Positions 56,873 to 64,000 of a stretch of 64,000 nt of DNA are shown here, one piece after another. The position numbers were made by a program, and so were the translations under genes. This stretch comes from an uncultured Ignavibacteria bacterium (GTDB lineage: Bacteria > Bacteroidota > Ignavibacteria > Tepidaquicellales > OLB5), in contig CAMTUP010000009.1 in assembly GCA_947084945.1 (NCBI GenBank), positions 205,882 to 269,881 of the forward strand, in the 5' to 3' direction. The notes under the pieces were generated by a model that saw nothing but the letters and a program-made list of their open reading frames with translations, did not search any database and had not been told where the DNA came from. How positions within the stretch are numbered: the first letter of the stretch is position 1; each line of letters begins with the position of its first letter.

Positions 56873-57331
56873 TTAATCTTCTAATTGATTATAAAGCTCC
56901 TCTAAAAATTTTCTTAGTTCCCTCAGATCTTCAACCATCTTATCACCTTCTTTTTCACCTTCATCCATCACAGCGGTATCTGTTCCATGTTGACTATCAA
57001 AAAGACTAAGCTCACCCGCTTTTTGTTTTTGGACTTCAACAACATTCATATCATTTTTTTCAACACCATCATCGCCAACAATGTAATTTTTTAAAATTTT
57101 CTTAGCGCCTTCAATTGTGTATTTTTCCTCTTTTAATAATTTCTTTATTAACAAAATCATCTTTATATCCTTATTTGTATATATCCGGTTGCCAGATGAA
57201 TTTTTGGCGGGGTTTAACTGTTCAAACTCAGTTTCCCAATACCTCAACACATACTGCTCCAGATCACAAATCCTGCTCACCTCACTGATGGAATAATACA
57301 ATTTTTTCATTGAAAAATTTTTCATAGCCAT
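56873..57331 (-). CDS. MerR-family transcriptional regulator
   Basis: YSISEVSRICDLEQYVLRYWETEF is a MerR-type HTH. Confidence 0.8.
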   Translation of the reverse strand: MAMKNFSMKKLYYSISEVSRICDLEQYVLRYWETEFEQLNPAKNSSGNRIYTNKDIKMILLIKKLLKEEKYTIEGAKKILKNYIVGDDGVEKNDMNVVEVQKQKAGELSLFDSQHGTDTAVMDEGEKEGDKMVEDLRELRKFLEELYNQLED

Positions 57332-57594
57332 AAATTTAATTCTTATGATTTAATACAAAAATACTTATTTTTGTGATACTTTTCAATATCTAAGTATTAA
57401 GATACTTTATTTATTTAGTTTAGTCAATAGCAAATGAAAGCAGTTAATGAAATAGTGATATATTGAATTGGTGAAATAGCGAAGTGGTTTATACGATTTC
57501 ACCACTATTTCACTAAGTTACTATTTCATAATTTCATTTAAAACAAGTATATTAACAAATTACTGATTTTAGTCCGAAATTTCAATTTTCGAAA

Positions 57595-59073
57595 ATGAAT
57601 GAAAAAATAAGAGTCAGATTTGCGCCATCACCCACAGGATTTTTGCACGTTGGCGGGGCAAGAACAGCAATATTTAACTGGTTATACGCAAAAAACCAAA
57701 ATGGCAAATTTTTGCTTAGAATTGAAGATACTGACCCCGAAAGGAGCAAAAGTGAACTTACCCAGCAGATATTAAGGAGTATGGAGTGGCTTGGTATGAC
57801 CTCAGACGAACCTATAGTTTATCAGGCATTAAATATCAAGCAACACCAGGAGGCTGCATTGAGACTGCTTGCAGGGAAAAAAGCATACTATGCATTTGAA
57901 ACTGCGGAAGAACTTGATGAACAAAGGAAAATAGCTCAAAGGAACAAAGTCCAGTTTAAATATAACCGCGCATCCTTAAATCTGTCTGAAGAAACAATCA
58001 AGCAATATTTGAATGAAGGCAGACCTTATGCTATAAGATTTAAAGTCCCTGAGGGCAAGACAGAATTTGAAGATATTGTTCATGGTAAAACTACTTTCAA
58101 TAATTCTGAAATTGATGACTTTGTAATTCTTCGTTCAGATGGCTCACCTGTCTATCAGATAGCTGTTGTTGTTGATGACCATGATATGAAAATCTCGCAT
58201 GTTATCCGCGGAGATGATCATCTATCCAACACACCTAAACAAATTTTACTTTATGAAGCTTTTGGGTGGGAGGTTCCTCTATTTGCACATTTACCGATGA
58301 TACTTGATGAAGAAAAGAAAAAACTTTCTAAGCGCAGAAATACCGTCAGCGTTGAAGAATACAAAGAAAAAGGATACCTGCCTGACGCTTTATTTAATTT
58401 CCTTACATTATTAGGTTTCGCTCCCCCCCTCTCCTTTAAGGGGATGGGGTTGGATGGTGAGGTTTCAACTCCTGAAAAACTTGAGGTTGTTTCAAAAAAT
58501 GATCTGCTAAATATTTTCACTTTCGATAGAGTTAACAAAAGCTCGGCAGTATTTGATATGAAGAAACTGAACTGGATAAATTCAGAATATATAAAATCTG
58601 CTGAAGAAGATGAAATTGTAAATTTGTTAATTGATAAATTAGTCAAGTCTAATTTATTTAGAGACCCTGAGCACTCGGGGGTGAATAGTTTCTATATTAA
58701 AAATGTTATTAAATTAATGAAAGAAAGGGTTTACACAATAAACGATTTTATTGAATTTGGAAAATACTTTTTTTCAGACCCTGAAAATTATGATGAAAAA
58801 GGTATTGCCAAATACTGGAATCCTGAAATAAAACCAATATTTGAAATTTTTTTAAAAGAACTTAATTCAATAAAAGATTGGAATTCTGCAAATATTGAAG
58901 AAGTAACCAGAAATTTTGCAGAATTGAATAACATTAAAGCAGCGCAGTTAATTCATTTATTAAGATTAAGTGTTACAGGTATAACTGTAAGTCCGGGTAT
59001 TTTTGAAGTTTTAGAGCTATTATGCAAAAAAACAGTACTTAATAGAACAAATAATTTTTTGGGCAAAAACTAA
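57595..59073 (+). CDS. gltX: glutamate--tRNA ligase
   Basis: Has RFAPSPTGFLHVGGART (HIGH) and KLSKR (KMSKS). Carries a 16-aa insertion (see findings). Confidence 0.9.
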   Translation: MNEKIRVRFAPSPTGFLHVGGARTAIFNWLYAKNQNGKFLLRIEDTDPERSKSELTQQILRSMEWLGMTSDEPIVYQALNIKQHQEAALRLLAGKKAYYAFETAEELDEQRKIAQRNKVQFKYNRASLNLSEETIKQYLNEGRPYAIRFKVPEGKTEFEDIVHGKTTFNNSEIDDFVILRSDGSPVYQIAVVVDDHDMKISHVIRGDDHLSNTPKQILLYEAFGWEVPLFAHLPMILDEEKKKLSKRRNTVSVEEYKEKGYLPDALFNFLTLLGFAPPLSFKGMGLDGEVSTPEKLEVVSKNDLLNIFTFDRVNKSSAVFDMKKLNWINSEYIKSAEEDEIVNLLIDKLVKSNLFRDPEHSGVNSFYIKNVIKLMKERVYTINDFIEFGKYFFSDPENYDEKGIAKYWNPEIKPIFEIFLKELNSIKDWNSANIEEVTRNFAELNNIKAAQLIHLLRLSVTGITVSPGIFEVLELLCKKTVLNRTNNFLGKN

Positions 59074-59184
59074 AATTTATATTGTTTTTTTGCTGGCATA
59101 TAGTTACTTTTGAGCAAATAAATCATTAACATTTAAATAACAAACCTCTCCTCACAAATGGAGAATTATTGGAGGAATAACTAC

Positions 59185-60525
59185 ATGAAACATCTTAAAC
59201 TTTTTTTATTAGCAGTTGCTTTTTTGTTTTCTGCTAATACTTTTTCACAATGGACATACTGTCCCGGTTCAATTAACATGACCGGACTTGGTCTATATCC
59301 TATGATTTCTGTTTTTGATGCAAATACAGCATGGGTTTGCGGCGGCACCGGCGGAGCGCCAAGAGTTTACAGAACAACCAACGGCGGTGCAAACTTTGTA
59401 AACGTTACAGGTACATTAACAGGTCCTGAATTCTATGCTATCTGGGCTGTTGATGCTAACACCTGTTTAGTTGGTGATGGCGGCGTAGTAGGCGGAGCAG
59501 GTGGAAATGCAAAGATCTGGAGAACATCTGATGCGGGTGTTACATGGACAACTGTTTTAACAACAGGCGGTACAGTTGGTTTCTTTAATGGTATTGCAGG
59601 AATGAACAACAATCGTAACTTTGCATATACACAGAGCGATGCACCAACTGGCAGCGCTCAGCTATGGGGAACAACAACTAATGGCGGTGTTACATGGACA
59701 ACCGGCACAACAACTATTGGTGGTACTACCGGAGCTGCAGGTTCGGTTTGGGTTTCAAGCCCAACAATATTTGGTCATGGAATCTCGGGTTTTGCCAGAG
59801 TTTCATTTTCGTTAAATGGCGGTTCATCTTTTACTCAGGGTACACTTTCAGTTGCAGGTAATTTCACTTCCGGGTATTGCGCTAACGATAACGGTTCAAT
59901 TATGTTAGGTATAACAAGCACTTCAATGCCAAGTATCAGCCGTTCAATTAATAGTGGTGCTACATGGACAACAGTTGCTACAGGTGCAGGATTAACAGGT
60001 TTAGGTGTTTGCAAGTGGATACAGGGCACAAATGCTGCTTATTTATCAGCTGCAACAGGCACTAACGGAATCAGGAGAAGTGTTGATGGCGGAGCTACAT
60101 GGACGGGATTAACAACTGCTGCAATCACAGGTTTTAATGATATGGCATACACATTTATTGGCGGTGTAGTTTACGGTTATGCAGTTGCTGGTGATGGAAG
60201 TGTTATTAAACTTGTTGATAATACTTTAACAGGTATCGATCCAACTAACACAAATACACCAACACAGTTTACATTACAGCAGAACTATCCTAATCCGTTC
60301 AATCCGGCTACAGTTATTAAGTTCTCAGTTCCAACTAACAGCAAAGTAACATTAAAGATATATAACAGCGTTGGCGCTGAATTAATGACAGTTACAGATA
60401 ATAATTATGCTGCAGGTAACTACATTGAAAACGTTAACATGGAAGGCTTCTCAACAGGAGTTTACTTCTATACTTTAACAGCAGGTAACTTTAAAGAAAC
60501 AAAGAAAATGATGTTGATAAAATAA
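59185..60525 (+). CDS. BNR/Asp-box repeat beta-propeller protein with T9SS C-terminal sorting domain
   Basis: Has repeated S/T-x-D/N-G-G-x-T-W (TTNGGANF, SDAGVTWT, TTNGGVTWT, SINSGATWT, SVDGGATWT) and the C-terminal QQNYPNPFNPATVIKFSV. The ATG at 59185 has a GGAGGA RBS and a signal peptide. Confidence 0.7.
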   Translation: MKHLKLFLLAVAFLFSANTFSQWTYCPGSINMTGLGLYPMISVFDANTAWVCGGTGGAPRVYRTTNGGANFVNVTGTLTGPEFYAIWAVDANTCLVGDGGVVGGAGGNAKIWRTSDAGVTWTTVLTTGGTVGFFNGIAGMNNNRNFAYTQSDAPTGSAQLWGTTTNGGVTWTTGTTTIGGTTGAAGSVWVSSPTIFGHGISGFARVSFSLNGGSSFTQGTLSVAGNFTSGYCANDNGSIMLGITSTSMPSISRSINSGATWTTVATGAGLTGLGVCKWIQGTNAAYLSAATGTNGIRRSVDGGATWTGLTTAAITGFNDMAYTFIGGVVYGYAVAGDGSVIKLVDNTLTGIDPTNTNTPTQFTLQQNYPNPFNPATVIKFSVPTNSKVTLKIYNSVGAELMTVTDNNYAAGNYIENVNMEGFSTGVYFYTLTAGNFKETKKMMLIK

Positions 60526-60529
60526 AGAC

Positions 60530-60571
60530 GTGAAACGTGAAACGTGAAATGTGAAATGTGAAATGTGTGAT
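60530..60571. repeat. 6 x heptamer GTGAAAC x2, GTGAAAT x3, GTGTGAT
   Basis: In perfect phase, beginning 4 nt after the TAA stop (60523-60525). Confidence 0.9.
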
Positions 60572-60706
60572 GATAAATATTATAGGATAAATCAAAGATA
60601 TGTTGAACGAAGTGAAATCTGGTTTTTCAGATTAGTAAAATAATAATTTGAACTTTTTTTCCTTTTGAGAGGAAAGGATTTAAATTAAATTGTAAAGATA
60701 TTCAAC

Positions 60707-60738
60707 CCCCGTTCTGATCAATCAGAACGGGGTTTTTT
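60707..60738 (+). terminator. rho-independent terminator
   Basis: CCCCGTTCTGAT-CA-ATCAGAACGGGG (12-bp arms) followed by TTTTTTAT. Confidence 0.8.
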
Positions 60739-60748
60739 ATTTTAGAAT

Positions 60749-60990
60749 TACTTACTCAAGTTGACCGTTTACTTTCTGAAAAACCAGATTTTCAATTTAT
60801 GAATTAACCCTGACATTTATGTCAGGGGTTTAGAAATACCATAGATCCATTGCTTTAGCCCTGTAATATCATTGCTAAATCCAGAAAGTAATAAAGTTAC
60901 TTATTACTGAGTTGAAACTTATAGCTACTGTAAAAATGTGAGACCTTTAGGCAAGACTTTGTTAGAATAACGGTCAACTTGAGTTACTTA
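60749..60990. repeat. short (about 242 bp) member of the TTACTCAAGTTGACCG composite-element family
   Basis: Both terminal repeats are present. It is collinear with 48535-49000 but lacks that element's internal inserts. CCCTGACATTTATGTCAGGG is uninterrupted at 60808-60828. Confidence 0.85.
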
Positions 60991-61563
60991 ATAATTTGTT
61001 AAATTTGAGGATAATGAATATTCGTGCCACGAATATTTACATCTAAAATATTCAATGGAAGTATAAACTTCAATATACATTCTTAAAAATATATCTAGTT
61101 TCGTGGAACGAATATCTTTATTTTTTAAAATCAAAAACCAAACCCCCGAAACTGATTTAAGCAGTATATTAAGTTTCGTTCAATTTAAATTTTATGAACA
61201 TTGAAGTTAAGTTTCCCCCCTTTTAAAAAGCAAAGGGGGGATTTTCAAAATTGATGAATATAAACATATCTAATTTCGTGGAACAAATAAAAGTGGAGAT
61301 TTCATAGAAGATAATCGCCTGACTTGTTTTCTTTGACTCGTTTTTGAGTTCAGTTTACACCAAAATAGTAAATATAGTAAATACAATTAATTTGCAAATT
61401 TACGAAATATTTTAAATTTAACTAAATTCGATTGGTGGCACGAGTAATCCCGAGTTCTCGGGACACCTGCAACATTTTCCCTCAATTTTCCGTCCTAATT
61501 ACATTAATTGTTAATTCATAATTGTTTAATTATATTTACAGGTCATTTAATTAAATACACGAC

Positions 61564-62565
61564 ATGAATCCAATTATTCATTTATTTTTAGCAGGCTTTT
61601 TTTCTGTTGTACCAATGCTGATGTATCTGGTCATCATCTGGTGGATGGATAGATTTGAACGCGAACCATTCTGGCTTGTGAGCATGAATTTTTTCTGGGG
61701 GGCAACAGGTGCTGTTGTTTTCGGAATAATTGGAAGCATGATAATGGGTATTGGGGTAAGTGAATTTATTTTCCAGTTTGCAAATGACTCTGATGCCGGA
61801 ACATTGAATAATCTTGCAGGAGCAGTTATTGTTGCCCCTGTTGTAGAGGAATCAACAAAAGGTATATTTTTACTTATGATGGCATTTAGCCGCCATTTTG
61901 ATGGTCCCGTGGATGGCGCTGTTTATGGCGGGGCTGTTGGACTGGGTTTTGGTATGACAGAAAACTTTTTATATTTCTTGAGCTTCCCACAGGATTATGT
62001 TGGATTGATAATGCTCGTAATAATAAGGACTCTGTTTTCGGCAGTATTGCACTGCTGCGCAACTGCTGTTTTTGGAGCAGCTATCGGTTTTGCCAAATTT
62101 AAAGGTATTTTTGCAAAACTTACTATTATACCTATTGGACTGGCTATTGCAATGTTCATGCATTTTATGTGGAATCTTACTGTAAGTTTTAATTCAACCG
62201 CTTTGATAGGATTCTTATTTATGATAATATCAGTTATAATTATCTTTACAGTATTTCAGTTTGGCGTTTACAATGAAGGAAAGATTATTCATAAAGAATT
62301 AACAGATGAAGCCAATACAACAGGTTATATTCTAAAAGAACATTTGGCATACCTTCCATTTACATCCAAAAGATATAAAAAAGGCTGGCTTGCAGCACAT
62401 ATTAACCAGAAAGAATATGTAAAAGCTGCGGTAAAACTTGCCATAAGGAAAAATCAGGTTAAAAATATGAAATCCTCCGGGCAGACATTCTATGTAAGAG
62501 AAATTGAAACATTAAGAACTAAAATATATACTATCATATTTTATAACCAGCAAAAAAGTCAGTAA
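61564..62565 (+). CDS. prsW: PrsW-family intramembrane metalloprotease
   Basis: Has VVEESTKG and multi-TM topology, plus the downstream FMHFMWN. Confidence 0.75.
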   Translation: MNPIIHLFLAGFFSVVPMLMYLVIIWWMDRFEREPFWLVSMNFFWGATGAVVFGIIGSMIMGIGVSEFIFQFANDSDAGTLNNLAGAVIVAPVVEESTKGIFLLMMAFSRHFDGPVDGAVYGGAVGLGFGMTENFLYFLSFPQDYVGLIMLVIIRTLFSAVLHCCATAVFGAAIGFAKFKGIFAKLTIIPIGLAIAMFMHFMWNLTVSFNSTALIGFLFMIISVIIIFTVFQFGVYNEGKIIHKELTDEANTTGYILKEHLAYLPFTSKRYKKGWLAAHINQKEYVKAAVKLAIRKNQVKNMKSSGQTFYVREIETLRTKIYTIIFYNQQKSQ

Positions 62566-62810
62566 AAAGTTTACTTTTCTCGGAAACGCTGTTTCGCGCA
62601 AAACGGAGCTTTGCTGAAAAGTAGCTGCTAAACTGGAGTTTAGCAGCGAGGGAGCATGAAGAGTTTTGTCGCGATAATTATACTTTTGGATTATCAAATG
62701 TCTATATATATCACATACGTAACATGAGTTAATAATTAATCGTTTCTCCGAAGGAGTCCTTTGGACAAAGCCAGTCCTTTAAAATTGGATTGGCTTTTTA
62801 ATTTCAACAA

Positions 62811-63632
62811 ATGACCATTTCAATAATAATAGCAAACTGGAACACAGTTGTACTTATAAAACAGTGTATTGAGTCTATTTTTAATACAACTCAGTTTACT
62901 TTGCTTGATTACGAAGTAATAGTTATAGATAATGCCTCAACTGATGGCAGTATTGAATACCTGCAAACTCAATCAGACAAAATTATTCTGATTAAAAATA
63001 ATGAAAACATGGGATATGCCAAAGCATGTAATCAGGGAATGAAGATAGCCAAAGGGAAATATATACTTCTGCTAGGAAGTGATACTATAATGAAACCAAA
63101 TACATTACAAGAAAGTGTAATGTTCCTTGATAATAATAACGATACAGGAGCAGTTGCATGCAAGCTTTTTAATCCTGATGGCAGCGTACAAAACAGCTTG
63201 AAAAAATTTCCGCAGCTAAAAAATGCATTTTACACATATCTTTCATGGGATAAAATGAACCGTGAATATGATATGTCTGATTTTGATTACAATAGTTCCT
63301 GTGAAGTTGAGCAGGCAGCAGCTACATTTCTTATGATTAGAAAAGAGATACTTGAAAGAATAAATTATTTTGATGAATCATACAGGATTTTATATAATGA
63401 TGTGGATCTTTGCAGTAAAATATGGAATGCAGGATATAAAATATATTTTCTTCATACAGTTTCAATTATTCATTACGGCAGCCATTCTACTAAAAATGCA
63501 GATTTTGCCCTAAGAAAGATTATGTACAGCGATATTTACAGGTATTATTGCAGAAATTTTGGCTTTAAGGCTAAGTTTTTATACCCTATTTTAGCATTCA
63601 GATTGATAATAGTATCAACAATAAAAGCTTAG
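62811..63632 (+). CDS. family-2 glycosyltransferase
   Basis: ISIIIANWN...VIVIDNASTDGS and a DxD-like GSD. Confidence 0.85.
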   Translation: MTISIIIANWNTVVLIKQCIESIFNTTQFTLLDYEVIVIDNASTDGSIEYLQTQSDKIILIKNNENMGYAKACNQGMKIAKGKYILLLGSDTIMKPNTLQESVMFLDNNNDTGAVACKLFNPDGSVQNSLKKFPQLKNAFYTYLSWDKMNREYDMSDFDYNSSCEVEQAAATFLMIRKEILERINYFDESYRILYNDVDLCSKIWNAGYKIYFLHTVSIIHYGSHSTKNADFALRKIMYSDIYRYYCRNFGFKAKFLYPILAFRLIIVSTIKA

Positions 63633-63633
63633 A

Positions 63634-64000
63634 ATGTCGTTAAGAGATAAGGTAATAAAAAATACTTTTTACCATTTTATTGCTCAGGCATTTGGTTTTA
63701 TTTCACCATTTATATTAACGCCTCTTATTATTTCATATATTGGACAAACTCAATTTGGTATTTATGCAATTGTAATGGGATTTATCGGTACATTTGGACT
63801 CTTGGATTTCAGTATTTCAGCATCCTTTATTAAATTTATTTCTGAGCATTACAACAAGAATCAGTTTGATGAGCTGAACAAAACAATTAATACAGGTTTA
63901 TTTTTCTATATAGCATTTACTCTGATAATTTGTTCAATTGTTCTCATATTCTCGGATCCGATTTTAAATTTAATAAATATTCCTCCGGATCTTTTTGACT
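63634..64000 (+). CDS. polysaccharide/oligosaccharide flippase (MOP/Wzx-like), N-terminal part
   Basis: Own translation: MSLRDKVIKNTFYHFIAQAFGFISPFILTPLIISYIGQTQFGIYAIV... It is hydrophobic and open to the window edge. Confidence 0.6.
   Translation, partial: MSLRDKVIKNTFYHFIAQAFGFISPFILTPLIISYIGQTQFGIYAIVMGFIGTFGLLDFSISASFIKFISEHYNKNQFDELNKTINTGLFFYIAFTLIICSIVLIFSDPILNLINIPPDLFD

Noticed and set aside
1-64000. Search for an autonomous mobile element (transposase, integrase, RAYT) that could mobilise the abundant palindromic elements, and for prophage genes.
   Set aside because: None of the track ORFs shows recognisable transposase, integrase or phage motifs. The elements are therefore reported as non-autonomous repeats only.

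Overview
This is an AT-rich chromosomal segment from a Gram-negative bacterium. I infer an FCB-group organism (Ignavibacteria/Bacteroidota-like) from two proteins with T9SS-type C-terminal sorting domains (NFPNPFNP...), a BamA-like gene, an hpf-hprK pair and many lipobox signal peptides. All calls come from reading the supplied translations and the DNA by eye; no searches were run and family names are from memory.

The core content is housekeeping: prx, lpdA, secG, hpf, hprK, an Opp/Dpp-type ABC uptake locus with two tandem binding-protein paralogs, a BamA-like gene, holB, purF, yebC-ruvC-ruvA, recJ, a DAACS symporter, a P-type ATPase, an acyl-CoA carboxyltransferase, clpX, gltX, prsW, the start of a polysaccharide locus, and three tRNAs (Leu-CAG, Leu-TAG, Pro-GGG).

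The accessory content is in three places:
1. An AT-rich islet (5.7-9.9 kb) with an AbiEi/AbiEii pair plus an uncharacterised pair of a SAM-methyltransferase-like protein and a DUF1848-like Cys-cluster protein.
2. A purF-ruvA islet (27.5-30.5 kb) with HicB-like genes, a decayed hicA and four unknown proteins.
3. A Pol-beta nucleotidyltransferase translationally coupled to a cut-off ORF at the left edge.

The most unusual property of the window is its intergenic DNA:
- Several families of small palindromic units are nested inside each other to form 100-470 bp composite MITE-like elements.
- Period-7 and period-8 microsatellites start at or within a few bases of stop codons.
- A four-helix-bundle (23S-IVS/Avd-like) gene is bracketed by about 54-bp inverted repeats.
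- A repeat-like 48-nt in-frame insertion sits in gltX.

I saw no transposase, integrase, CRISPR array or rRNA.
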